58,353 nucleotides of DNA from a virus (Duplodnaviria > Caudoviricetes), in IMG/VR virus record IMGVR_UViG_3300032245_000439, positions 1-58,353 of that record; one strand, given 5' to 3'. Positions within the stretch are counted from its first letter, which is position 1. The number at the start of each line of letters is the position of its first letter. The notes beneath the pieces are model-generated. The model ran no database searches. It was not told the DNA's origin and saw only the letters and a list, made by a program, of their open reading frames with translations. Positions 27,284 to 35,446 of this stretch are shown piece by piece. The position numbers were made by a program, and so were the translations under genes.

Positions 27284-27580
27284 ATGGACAACTGCACAAT
27301 CACTTTTGACGACCTCGAAGTTCACACGATGGCTGGCATTTGCCTCGCCACAGGCTCGATCAAGGTCGAGTACATCATGCGCCCTGCGGAGCCCGACGTG
27401 GGCATCATGAGCCGCTGGCCGGAGATCATGGGCTACGCTGACCTCGACGCAGTCTTCGTGCTGATCGACGACGACGGCGAAGAGATCATGCGCATGACCT
27501 GCGACGACGCCATGCTGGCAGACATCCTCGACGCATATGGCGAAGAAGATATTTTGGAAAAAATTCGCGAAAGCATTTGA
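27284..27580 (+). CDS. Early acidic hypothetical protein
   Basis: 98 aa from ATG 27284 after ATGGAGACTGAC; PAEPDVGI motif. Confidence 0.7.
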   Translation: MDNCTITFDDLEVHTMAGICLATGSIKVEYIMRPAEPDVGIMSRWPEIMGYADLDAVFVLIDDDGEEIMRMTCDDAMLADILDAYGEEDILEKIRESI

Positions 27581-27597
27581 CAAACGAACTCAGTTCA
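27577..27597 (+). promoter_or_regulatory. Second early promoter -35 plus the same operator
   Basis: TTGACA at 27577, then GAACT-C-AGTTC (27586-27596) at the same spacing as the 26783 promoter. Confidence 0.6.
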
Positions 27598-27645
27598 TGC
27601 GAAAAGAGTTCACCGCTGATTTGCGGCAACCTTATGGAGATCGAT

Positions 27646-27942
27646 ATGACTAATACCATCGCAGCCGTTGAAGTTTATCTCGCAGCCAAGGCACAGGCAG
27701 AGCAGGCCGAGGCCATCCTCAACCAAGCCAAGAAGGACGTCATCGCCATCGTCGGCGGCTACGGCTTCATCGAAGGCGAGACGGCCGACCTCGACATCGG
27801 CGTGCAGGCTCGCAAGTCCATCAACGAGAAGGCGCTGCTCGACCTCGGCCTGACACAGGAACAGATCAACGCCTGCAAGATTGAGGGCGCAGCCTACCCA
27901 GTGGTCCGCATCAAGGCCAAGAAGCTCAAGGCGGCCGCGTAA
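27646..27942 (+). CDS. Early hypothetical protein
   Basis: 98 aa from ATG 27646; ATGGAGATCGATATG leader. Confidence 0.75.
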   Translation: MTNTIAAVEVYLAAKAQAEQAEAILNQAKKDVIAIVGGYGFIEGETADLDIGVQARKSINEKALLDLGLTQEQINACKIEGAAYPVVRIKAKKLKAAA

Positions 27943-27971
27943 GCGGCCCCTCACACCCTATGGAGATCGAC

Positions 27972-28118
27972 ATGACCAAGCTGATCATTGCATTCCAAAA
28001 GAACCCCACCCTCTTCGCCCGCAAGAACCTTGAGAGCTATTTGAACCGCCACCCTATGGCGGTCTGCATGGCCTCCGACGTCGAGCTGCGCTTCCTGCGC
28101 CAGCACGGGTTCATCTGA
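27972..28118 (+). CDS. Early small hypothetical protein (48 aa)
   Basis: Manual translation MTKLIIAFQKNPTLFARKNLESYLNRHPMAVCMASDVELRFLRQHGFI; ATGGAGATCGACATG leader. Confidence 0.7.
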   Translation: MTKLIIAFQKNPTLFARKNLESYLNRHPMAVCMASDVELRFLRQHGFI

Positions 28119-28119
28119 C

Positions 28120-28320
28120 ATGGACACCCTCGTGCTCGTCAAAGTCGACGACGACCTGTGGGAGCTGACTTATCGCGGCAACCTCATGGGCTGGATCCGA
28201 AAGGTCCAGCCCGAAGGGCGGCGGGTCGAAGTCTACCAAGCCGAAACCCCGCGTGGCGAAATCCGCCACGCCTACTCCCTGAACCAAGCGCGCGACGCTC
28301 TTGCTGAACTTTACCACTGA
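28120..28320 (+). CDS. Hypothetical protein
   Basis: 66 aa, starts 1 nt after the previous stop. Confidence 0.65.
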   Translation: MDTLVLVKVDDDLWELTYRGNLMGWIRKVQPEGRRVEVYQAETPRGEIRHAYSLNQARDALAELYH

Positions 28321-28332
28321 AGGAGAACCAAA

Positions 28333-28590
28333 ATGGAAGACCAATCAGAAGACGACTTCAAGGCACTCATTCGACTGATCGACATTGACGGCGACATGCT
28401 TTCAATCGCCTCCCCTTGGGACGACCACGAATTGATGATGCGAATTGAAAATGACGGGGTAACCACAGGCTTCATCATTAACTTGCCGACTGCCTTAGCC
28501 ATAATGAGCGTCCTCCTGCCACTGATCCAAGGCGCAAAGCTCAAAAAAGCTTGGGACGAGTTTATGAACCCTGAGAAAGACTTCTTCTGA
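28333..28590 (+). CDS. Hypothetical protein
   Basis: 85 aa; AAGGAG SD. Confidence 0.65.
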   Translation: MEDQSEDDFKALIRLIDIDGDMLSIASPWDDHELMMRIENDGVTTGFIINLPTALAIMSVLLPLIQGAKLKKAWDEFMNPEKDFF

Positions 28591-28817
28591 TGACCCCCGA
28601 AGAACTGGCGGAGGCCGCGCACACGCTCGGCCTCACCAACAGCGACCTCGCCCTGATCATGGGAAACACCCTGCGCGCCGTCCAATACTGGCAGAACGGC
28701 CGCAGCCCCATACCCCAGACGGTCGCCATCATCCTCAACGCCATGCTGGCGGGTCAAATCGACCTTGACTGGCTGACCGACGAGGTCTCGCGACAACTGC
28801 AACAGCAAACGGGATAG
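28590..28817 (+). CDS. XRE-like helix-turn-helix protein
   Basis: MTPEEL......LGLTNSDLALIMGNTLRAVQYWQNGRSPIP..VAIIL. Confidence 0.8.
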   Translation: MTPEELAEAAHTLGLTNSDLALIMGNTLRAVQYWQNGRSPIPQTVAIILNAMLAGQIDLDWLTDEVSRQLQQQTG

Positions 28818-28853
28818 CCTGCCGACGCAATAGAGGGGCACAGGCGGGCTTTT

Positions 28854-28895
28854 GAGGGGTGGCGGCTACTAGGGTAGCTGCCACCCCTCTCTTTT
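28854..28895. terminator. Long hairpin between convergent genes (likely terminator)
   Basis: GAGGGGTGGCGGCTAC-TAGG-GTAGCTGCCACCCCTC followed by TCTTTT on the plus strand. Confidence 0.65.
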
Positions 28896-28932
28896 GGCCT
28901 CAGCGGTCAAATTTGAAGGCTTAGCGTCGATC

Positions 28933-29544
28933 CTAGAAGGGTATTTCGTCGTCGATCGGCGCAAACGCCTCGATGCCACGCAGGGGGTCACGCTCAGGGC
29001 CACGGGTCTGGGTCACCTCGGATCCTGCGAACATTGCCTTGGCCTTCACGACCTCGGGGAATGCCTCGATGATGCGGGCGATCTCTGCCAGCGTGTAGAC
29101 CTGCGAGGAACGATCGCTGCGCTGTGCCTCGAACAGCGAGGCATCTGCCCAGTCGCGCAGAATGGCAACCGCCCTGCCATTGCTCAGGGCAACCTCCCAG
29201 ACCTCCGGCGCAGCCTGCCCCTTGCCCGCTGCCATCGCAGCACGATCCAATGCACGCCATGCGGCTGCCATCCGGCGGCTCTCCTGCCGGACATCCTCCA
29301 GCTCTCCGCACCAGATTGCCTGTGAGAACTTGTAACGCTGTCGGTCGAACTTCTCGCGAAGCTCCTTGTCGACCAGCAGGCGCAAACGGTCCACGCCCCA
29401 CTTGCGCTCCATCTCGACCGCGACGAGGTCGACCTCCGTCACCTCCTCCTGTCCAGCGATAAACAGACCGGGGCTGCGCTGCCACGGGGGCACTGCCGGA
29501 TAGGTGATTTCTTTGTGCTGATCTTTCGATTTTGATTTAGCCAT
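28933..29544 (-). CDS. Conserved hypothetical protein with SSB-like acidic tail (DDEIPF)
   Basis: MERKWGVDRLRLLV...REKFDRQ...AWRALDRAA pattern; ATG 29544 after ATGGAAATCAAA. Confidence 0.75.
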   Translation of the reverse strand: MAKSKSKDQHKEITYPAVPPWQRSPGLFIAGQEEVTEVDLVAVEMERKWGVDRLRLLVDKELREKFDRQRYKFSQAIWCGELEDVRQESRRMAAAWRALDRAAMAAGKGQAAPEVWEVALSNGRAVAILRDWADASLFEAQRSDRSSQVYTLAEIARIIEAFPEVVKAKAMFAGSEVTQTRGPERDPLRGIEAFAPIDDEIPF

Positions 29545-29583
29545 TTTGATTTCCATTTCTGACTGACTGACAAGAGTGCTACG

Positions 29584-29750
29584 GGGTGGCGGCGGAGGTC
29601 CGCCACCCTATACGTAGTATAGGGGTAATAGTTCCGCATACCTCCGCTAATGATTTCAATAAGTTAGGTTCTGACCTCCGCAAGTTCCGCTTATACTTCC
29701 GCCCAATGATTTCAATGACTTAGGAAGTGACCTCCGCAGACCTCCGCAAG
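29584..29750. repeat. Iteron-like repeat/palindrome cluster (candidate replication origin)
   Basis: About 8 copies of YTCCGC, two AATGATTTCAATnAnTTAG units and palindrome CCCTATAC-GTA-GTATAGGG (29606-29624). Confidence 0.5.
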
Positions 29751-29902
29751 CGAAGGAAGTCACTTTCGGTAGGGTGGATGTCCCACCGCTCGTAGATATA
29801 TGGCTCTCGATCGAGCGCAAAGACGACTGCCTTTGGGATCCATTTTCTGGCCCCTATGCGTGCCTTCCAGCGGCGCTTGGAGACTTGCTTGCGCATGGTC
29901 AT
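29720..29902 (-). CDS. Hypothetical basic protein
   Basis: 60 aa, TGATG-coupled to the upstream gene; 3' end runs into the repeat cluster. Confidence 0.45.
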   Translation of the reverse strand: MTMRKQVSKRRWKARIGARKWIPKAVVFALDREPYIYERWDIHPTESDFLRLRRSAEVTS

Positions 29903-30318
29903 CAGCCTCGCTTTGGTGAGACTTCAAAGCCGATCGGGGAGCCGTCCCAGTGGAGACCGTCGAAGGCGACGCTACGCTTCTTGATAGGCTGCCACGCCGT
30001 GGGTTGAGCAGGCTCGATCATACGCATAGCCTTGGCCTCTTCAGCCGTGTGAGCAATGCCAACCGTCGGGTAGCCAGCGAACTTGCGGGCAGCCTCGTTG
30101 TAGCGGTCAAGGAAGCTCGGGTTCACGAAGCTGTCGATCAGGCTGCCGTCGTCATAGACGCGGATGTCCATCATCTCGCCCGTATACAGGGACGGCCCGC
30201 GCAGGACCATGTAGGGCTCGAACGGGATCACCTTAATTGGCATCAGAATGTCCGCACGCACGACTGCTGGCGCAGCCACGATCGATAGGGCTGCGGTAAG
30301 AAATTTACGGCGGTTCAT
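29902..30318 (-). CDS. Hypothetical protein with twin-arginine-like N-terminus
   Basis: MNRRKFLTAALSIVAAPAVVRA. Confidence 0.7.
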   Translation of the reverse strand: MNRRKFLTAALSIVAAPAVVRADILMPIKVIPFEPYMVLRGPSLYTGEMMDIRVYDDGSLIDSFVNPSFLDRYNEAARKFAGYPTVGIAHTAEEAKAMRMIEPAQPTAWQPIKKRSVAFDGLHWDGSPIGFEVSPKRG

Positions 30319-30506
30319 GTCATCTCCGGCGGCTCAGGGAGGGGCATCCAATGGGTGGGATACACGTCCCACTCACCATCGTACCAGCCGGACTGTATGA
30401 CATCGTAGTGGGCCAGCGCCATGCACGGCCAGTTACTTTCCCACCAAAATACGATGACTTCTGTGCCGTCTTTAGGAGCATCATGTATCAGGTTCCAATC
30501 ACTCAT
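30315..30506 (-). CDS. DUF551-like protein
   Basis: W..I.DAPKDGTEV...PTHWMPLPEPP. Confidence 0.8.
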   Translation of the reverse strand: MSDWNLIHDAPKDGTEVIVFWWESNWPCMALAHYDVIQSGWYDGEWDVYPTHWMPLPEPPEMT

Positions 30507-30756
30507 TACTGCCTCCCCTTGCGTCTACGACCTTCAGGTCTGCGGTTGACGGTGTGCGAATGGACATGCTGACCTTTCGCATCATCGTGAAAGTAAGTTC
30601 CTTGGCCGTCTGGTCCGAGATCATGTCCGAGACGCGCACCAGATAGCAGAAGGCTATGGCGCGCTGCGCGACGAAATCTTCAAAGGCCGTCGGGTCAAGG
30701 TCGTTCAAGTCCAACATGGTCGCGCCATCATCAATGCCATCGTCGTCATCAGACAT
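30499..30756 (-). CDS. Hypothetical protein
   Basis: 85 aa with acidic N-terminus, coupled to neighbours. Confidence 0.65.
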   Translation of the reverse strand: MSDDDDGIDDGATMLDLNDLDPTAFEDFVAQRAIAFCYLVRVSDMISDQTAKELTFTMMRKVSMSIRTPSTADLKVVDARGGSNE

Positions 30757-30959
30757 CACGACCCCCTTTGCTGGCGATAGAAGGCGTGGTGCCTGTCATC
30801 GCGTAGGACTTTGACTTCGGCCTCCAGCCTGTCCAACTCCTTGGCTAGGCCAATCAGCTCTTCAGCCATGCAGAACTCGGTAGCCATACCGCCCCGCGTT
30901 ATACGGAACTCGGCAACCAGCTCCTCGATGAGCTGTTCTTCAGGATGCATACCTTTCAC
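30756..30959 (-). CDS. Hypothetical protein
   Basis: 67 aa, GTGA overlap with the phosphoesterase stop. Confidence 0.6.
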   Translation of the reverse strand: MKGMHPEEQLIEELVAEFRITRGGMATEFCMAEELIGLAKELDRLEAEVKVLRDDRHHAFYRQQRGS

Positions 30960-31954
30960 GAATACTGTTCCTCTAACTGTCTCATGCTGATGTGACGGTA
31001 CTGCAATATGTGCCCCGCTTGGATTTGCAGCTCATAGATGCCGTAGGACCAGCCTGTCGTGGCCGTGCCCGCATATTTGGCGACGTATCCGTCCGGCATG
31101 GACGACCCGAGGTTGAGCACCTCGATCGAGTTATTGATGCCGATCTTTGGCACCTTACGGAATGTGGATCGGTGTGTATGACCGAACACGATGGAATGCG
31201 TAGCGTGGTTGGCAATCTGGTTTTCAGAGTTTTGACCGCCATAGGGACGACCCATGATGTTCATCGGAACGTGAATGAAGCCGACCCCATCCACGAGCAG
31301 CCACTGCCCGTACGGGTGTATCCGCCAGCGGTAGCGCGCGGCCATCTCCTCGAACTGCGTGAAGAGAGTTCCAACAGTCTCGGGGTTTTTGTTTTCAAAT
31401 CGATGGATCCGGTCCTCGTGATTTCCCGCAGTCATGTCCTGCGGAATGTCGAGGTGGCTGACTTCCTTGTAGAGGGCGCACATGGCCTCTTCGCAACTCT
31501 CCAGATCGGTCTTGAATGACGGGCGCATGGCATGCGAGGCCGAGCCGCGCTCCTCGTGCGTCGAGACGCTGTCCCACGACGCGAAGTCTCCGATGTGAAT
31601 GATGCGGTCAGGCTTCAGCGTGGCGGCATGCATGCCCATCCACTTGAAGCGATCCTTGGATATGTTCGGCTGGTCGTGACTGTCGCCGATTGCCATAATT
31701 GTCATGGATTTCTGTTTGCCCATAATGATGCGAGGTTTCGATGGAGTATCTGATTTCTGGACAGCGATCTTTAATATGCGGTTCTGTTCTTCTAGGTTTC
31801 GCGCCTTTTCAAGGAGCGGTGAAACTCTGAGCGGCCTATTCTTTCGGAGCGCGTACCTGACGGTGCTTTCATTACGTCCGATGTAATAGGCAGCCTTTGA
31901 AATGCCCCCCATTTGCAGGATGAGTGCCTGTATTTCTGAAGGGCTCAATACCAT
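30956..31954 (-). CDS. Calcineurin-like metallophosphoesterase with N-terminal HTH-like region
   Basis: GDSH, IHIGDFASWD, AGNHEDR, FIH and FGHTHR metal-binding motifs; start at ATG 31954. Confidence 0.88.
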   Translation of the reverse strand: MVLSPSEIQALILQMGGISKAAYYIGRNESTVRYALRKNRPLRVSPLLEKARNLEEQNRILKIAVQKSDTPSKPRIIMGKQKSMTIMAIGDSHDQPNISKDRFKWMGMHAATLKPDRIIHIGDFASWDSVSTHEERGSASHAMRPSFKTDLESCEEAMCALYKEVSHLDIPQDMTAGNHEDRIHRFENKNPETVGTLFTQFEEMAARYRWRIHPYGQWLLVDGVGFIHVPMNIMGRPYGGQNSENQIANHATHSIVFGHTHRSTFRKVPKIGINNSIEVLNLGSSMPDGYVAKYAGTATTGWSYGIYELQIQAGHILQYRHISMRQLEEQYS

Positions 31955-32006
31955 TGATGGGCCTCGCCGCGCGCCACTATGATACTGTAATACGATACTG
32001 TGACAC

Positions 32007-32150
32007 CTATTTGATGGCGAGAAATAAGCCAATGTTTGAAAAGGCATATCCGGCGTAGATGATAGCCATCGGCGTGTTGCCGAGCAGGTACTGATTTATG
32101 GAGATATAACCATAAATCAGACCCACCAGAATTATGAGCGGCCCGCTCAC
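32007..32150 (-). CDS. Small two-TM membrane protein
   Basis: (M)SGPLIILVGLIYGYISINQYLLGNTPMAIIYAGYAFSNIGLFLAIK from GTG 32150. Confidence 0.7.
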   Translation of the reverse strand: MSGPLIILVGLIYGYISINQYLLGNTPMAIIYAGYAFSNIGLFLAIK

Positions 32151-32221
32151 AGGTCTAAGGCCATCATCCATGTGATGACGAGAATGCACATGATGATTGT
32201 AAGCTTTGCCTCTTCAATCAC
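32147..32221 (-). CDS. Putative 24-aa membrane micropeptide
   Basis: (M)IEEAKLTIIMCILVITWMMALDL; GGAGG SD; GTGA coupling to the next gene. Confidence 0.45.
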   Translation of the reverse strand: MIEEAKLTIIMCILVITWMMALDL

Positions 32222-32245
32222 TGCCGCCTCCTATTCGCTGGCCGC

Positions 32246-32401
32246 TCATTGGATCACCTTCAAGATTACGAGGCCGAGCAGGCCGACAAAGATCATGCCG
32301 AAGCAGATCATGTAGGCCAGTGCCATGCGGCGCTCGAAGCGGCGCAGGTCATCGATGGCCTCAGCGTAGCGGGCCTCGGCGCGTTGCAGGTCTTCAGTCA
32401 C
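32246..32401 (-). CDS. Small protein with C-terminal TM helix
   Basis: 51 aa from GTG 32401 after GGAGGCGGCA. Confidence 0.55.
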   Translation of the reverse strand: MTEDLQRAEARYAEAIDDLRRFERRMALAYMICFGMIFVGLLGLVILKVIQ

Positions 32402-32780
32402 TGCCGCCTCCCGAACTGCTGTCGGACGAGCTGGACGACGAGCTGTCTGACGAGGTGTTGCTGTCGTGTTTGCTGCAATCAGACCAAGAAATGGGCTGAC
32501 TGCCTTGGCCGCCACCACCACCCATCACCGTATATGTGACGAGGGCTGCGGCCGCGACGTCGGTCATCGAGCTGCTGGTCGAGGCGTGGATCGTCACGTT
32601 GCGGTCGCGCAGGAGCTGGCGCTTCCAAGCCTCGTGGTCGCGCTCATCCTGCTCCTTGCGGAGCTGGCGGGCACGCTCGTTCGCCTCCTCCTGCGCATGT
32701 ATTGCAGCCTCGGCCTGACGCATTGCCAGCTCCTCGGCATGCGTGGACGGCGCTTTGAATGTCCAAAAAGTCGTTGCCAT
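32394..32780 (-). CDS. Hypothetical protein with Ser/Gly-rich tail
   Basis: 128 aa; GAGGAGGGG SD. Confidence 0.65.
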   Translation of the reverse strand: MATTFWTFKAPSTHAEELAMRQAEAAIHAQEEANERARQLRKEQDERDHEAWKRQLLRDRNVTIHASTSSSMTDVAAAALVTYTVMGGGGGQGSQPISWSDCSKHDSNTSSDSSSSSSSDSSSGGGSD

Positions 32781-32873
32781 TTTCCCCTCCTCAGTCCGGC
32801 GCTGTCGCGCACCACATCACGAATAAAACAGTCGCAGCCAAGCAGGCGATTGCCCAGATCTCAAAGTCAGTCA

Positions 32874-33161
32874 TCATATTGTCCTCTTTAAAATTTGACG
32901 CGCCTTCTTAATGGCGTCGTCGATGCGGATCATCTCGTCGGCCTGCTGCTGCAATGCCTCGACGATGTCAGTCGACGTGATGCGCGCGTGCTCGTCCTCG
33001 ATCGAGAGTGGCTGGTCTGCGAGAACCTGCAAGCAGTGCGTGATGTCGGACACCTTGCCCGGCCCCAACGTCAGCATCTGCGTCTTCTGCTTGATGCATC
33101 CGTGCTGATAGCAAAACGTGTTGGAGCACGGCCCGCAGAGTGTAACTTTATGGATTGTCAT
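32874..33161 (-). CDS. Hypothetical protein with Cys cluster
   Basis: 95 aa with CGPCSNTFCYQHGC. Confidence 0.6.
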   Translation of the reverse strand: MTIHKVTLCGPCSNTFCYQHGCIKQKTQMLTLGPGKVSDITHCLQVLADQPLSIEDEHARITSTDIVEALQQQADEMIRIDDAIKKARQILKRTI

Positions 33162-33191
33162 CTTTCTTTTCCCCTAGTGCTCATTCACCAT

Positions 33192-33926
33192 TCAAAATGG
33201 GCATTTCGATTTACGTTTCTCATTTCTGTTTCGTAATTTTATTAAATTTCGCATACCACCATATGATACCGCACCCCAAAGTTGTTTGGTCGCCATTTCG
33301 CCTTCCGATACCAAGTGGCATTTAATTTTAACATCAACATCATCCATAAGCGGCACAAGATGAACCAAGGGCTGCCCAATTTTTATGTCTATTTCATAAT
33401 CAAAATTCATTTTTGGCATCATGATATTCACATTTGTTCCAGACACATTCTTAAACTCAACAACTCCGGGAAGTGTTTTGTAGGGCAACTCATTGTTCCA
33501 CTCAGCACCCATAAAAAGAAATTTCATTCCTGTTTTTTCTTTAAAATGCCAAGGGCTTATCATTTTCATATGGTGAAAATCTTTAAACCCACCCTCATAT
33601 TCATCTGTGGAATGGCAAAGGGGAAGTGCACCAATGCTTGTGTGAAAATCATAACTGTTCTGCGTCACTTTAATATGCATGTCAGACCAGCTTTCAATGA
33701 CAAGCCCACGCTTATATAATTCCGTAAATCCATAACATCCTTTCATGTTGTTATGTTTTTCATAAATGCCATTGACCACTTTTAAAGGGCCTACTGTTGG
33801 AAGATTTTTCCACCAGTCAGGAAATGTTTTTGATGCCCTAACAATTGGCGTATATTCAAACACAGGTGTAAGTGTCGTAAAGCAATCGACGACAACCTTT
33901 TTTTTGCGATGAAAAAAACTAAACAT
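33192..33926 (-). CDS. AT-rich conserved phage protein (DUF6065-like)
   Basis: P.WWKNLP, MKGCYG, SPW and LPGVV...IKIGQPLVHLVP...KCPF pattern; markedly AT-rich compared with its flanks. Confidence 0.65.
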   Translation of the reverse strand: MFSFFHRKKKVVVDCFTTLTPVFEYTPIVRASKTFPDWWKNLPTVGPLKVVNGIYEKHNNMKGCYGFTELYKRGLVIESWSDMHIKVTQNSYDFHTSIGALPLCHSTDEYEGGFKDFHHMKMISPWHFKEKTGMKFLFMGAEWNNELPYKTLPGVVEFKNVSGTNVNIMMPKMNFDYEIDIKIGQPLVHLVPLMDDVDVKIKCHLVSEGEMATKQLWGAVSYGGMRNLIKLRNRNEKRKSKCPF

Positions 33927-34224
33927 CTTTCTTCTCCCCTAGTGCGGCGCGGGCTATATCTCCGCAAGACAACGTAATTCCAAGTTCACTTTCGGTGTTT
34001 TCAATGAAGTTCAATGCCCCCCGCAGCGCCGCTTCCAATTCTTCAATGCGATAAGATTTTTCAATCGACATTCTTTGCAAGATCATGCGCTCATATTTCA
34101 TATCTTCAATCAAAGCGATCTGTTCATTGATGCGGTCTTTCGCTTCCCGCGCAACAATGACCAGCGTCATCGGGTGCATGGTTGCGTCAGCCATGTTGAG
34201 CCTCTTCACAAGATCGTCGGTCAC
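33919..34224 (-). CDS. Hypothetical protein
   Basis: MTDDLVKRL...RIEELEAALR...IARAALGE pattern. Confidence 0.7.
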   Translation of the reverse strand: MTDDLVKRLNMADATMHPMTLVIVAREAKDRINEQIALIEDMKYERMILQRMSIEKSYRIEELEAALRGALNFIENTESELGITLSCGDIARAALGEKKDV

Positions 34225-34568
34225 AGCCCTTCCCCCTCTTCGCAGTCAATCTCAACCTTCACGCAAGCAATCCGGCCCTCAAGCGCCATGCTGTCGGCTT
34301 TTTCTTTGACTACGAAAAGGCTGATTACTTCATTGTCATACACATTCATCCACACCGTGCGCTTGATGCGAGGCTTGACTTCGATGAGGTCGCGGTCGCT
34401 TTGCGTCATTATTGTAGCGCAGCCACGATTAAGCCATTTCTCAGGTTCCCATTGGCCGTCTTTATTTTTTATCGCCCCATGAACGACAAAAGGATAATCA
34501 CCATCAGTCGCATAGATACGCACTTCACGGCCATCGCGGGTGCGGTAGGTTTTGTCTTTGCTGATCAT
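34221..34568 (-). CDS. Hypothetical protein
   Basis: YRTRDGREVRIYATDG...DLIEVKPRIKRTVWMNVY...RIACVKVEI..EEGEGL; ATGA overlap. Confidence 0.75.
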   Translation of the reverse strand: MISKDKTYRTRDGREVRIYATDGDYPFVVHGAIKNKDGQWEPEKWLNRGCATIMTQSDRDLIEVKPRIKRTVWMNVYDNEVISLFVVKEKADSMALEGRIACVKVEIDCEEGEGL

Positions 34569-35446
34569 GCCGACCTCCATTCAGGATAGTTAACGAGTTT
34601 CATTCCATAGTTATTGATTTGATCAGGTATCTGGATGTCTTGCTTCCTTTTCAGTTTATTTCCGCGAAACGGGCGGTAGTCAACCTTGTGATGCCAGCGG
34701 TTGAACTTCCACACGACCTCGGCCACGTCGGGGTGCATGTCCGCCAGCATCTGGCTCTTCGCCATCGTGCCCTCGCGGCGGTAGAACTCTTCGGTGTTAC
34801 CGCCGCCCATGCGCTGCGTCGTGACCTTGCCCTGCAAGAACGCATTGAACTGGATCGTGCAGTGGCCGTCCTTCAGCACACGCAGGCTCAGGTCCGTGTC
34901 CTCGTTATAGCGGCCGCGCCATCGGTACGGCGCAGCGTTCTCGATCAACAGGCACGAGTAGATGCGCGTGTTGAGAACCATCGGCGGCACAGCATCTGTC
35001 GTCTTGCAGAACGAGTAATAGTTAAAGCCTGCCAGCGGCACGTTCTCGTAACGATCGACAAACTGCTCGGCGATCTTGAAGATTGTGCCGCTCTCTACTT
35101 CAGCTTTGATGTTACGGTTCAGGCGGTGGAATGCGTCGAGATTGTCGTCCATCACCCAGTGACGCTTTGCGCCTATGGAGGTGGCGTGATCCCAAACAAA
35201 ATTGCGCGCAGCACCCGGTCCCACAGACTTGCTGCGGCCGAGATCGTCAAAGGTGTCGTAACTGTCGAGATAGGTCGACGGAAGGGTCAGGATTTTTGAC
35301 GGATCAATCACGGCCGCATAGTCATTATACTCCTGCGCCTCGACAACGATGTTATAAGGCACGCGCATATATTCGAGCGCCTTGCTCGTCAGCCTGCTTT
35401 CCCAACGACCTTTTGATACGATGTAGACGGGATAATCAGGGTTCAT
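34565..35446 (-). CDS. TET-associated/GREB1-like glycosyltransferase (TAGT, GT-A fold)
   Basis: YPVYIVSKGR, VVE.QEY..Y, GPGAARNF.WD, HWVMDDN, NTRIYSCLLI, WRGRYNEDTDLSLRVLK and GGNT motifs; start at ATG 35446. Confidence 0.8.
   Translation of the reverse strand: MNPDYPVYIVSKGRWESRLTSKALEYMRVPYNIVVEAQEYNDYAAVIDPSKILTLPSTYLDSYDTFDDLGRSKSVGPGAARNFVWDHATSIGAKRHWVMDDNLDAFHRLNRNIKAEVESGTIFKIAEQFVDRYENVPLAGFNYYSFCKTTDAVPPMVLNTRIYSCLLIENAAPYRWRGRYNEDTDLSLRVLKDGHCTIQFNAFLQGKVTTQRMGGGNTEEFYRREGTMAKSQMLADMHPDVAEVVWKFNRWHHKVDYRPFRGNKLKRKQDIQIPDQINNYGMKLVNYPEWRSA

Noticed and set aside
28933-29544. Calling this gene SSB because of its DDEIPF tail
   Set aside because: The body looks helical with no OB-fold pattern; 39690-40358 is the better SSB candidate.
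29584-29750. Possible CRISPR or mini-array
   Set aside because: Repeats are 6-19 bp, irregularly spaced and lack unique spacers of constant length; no cas operon is present, and the Cas4-like nuclease sits in a recombination context.
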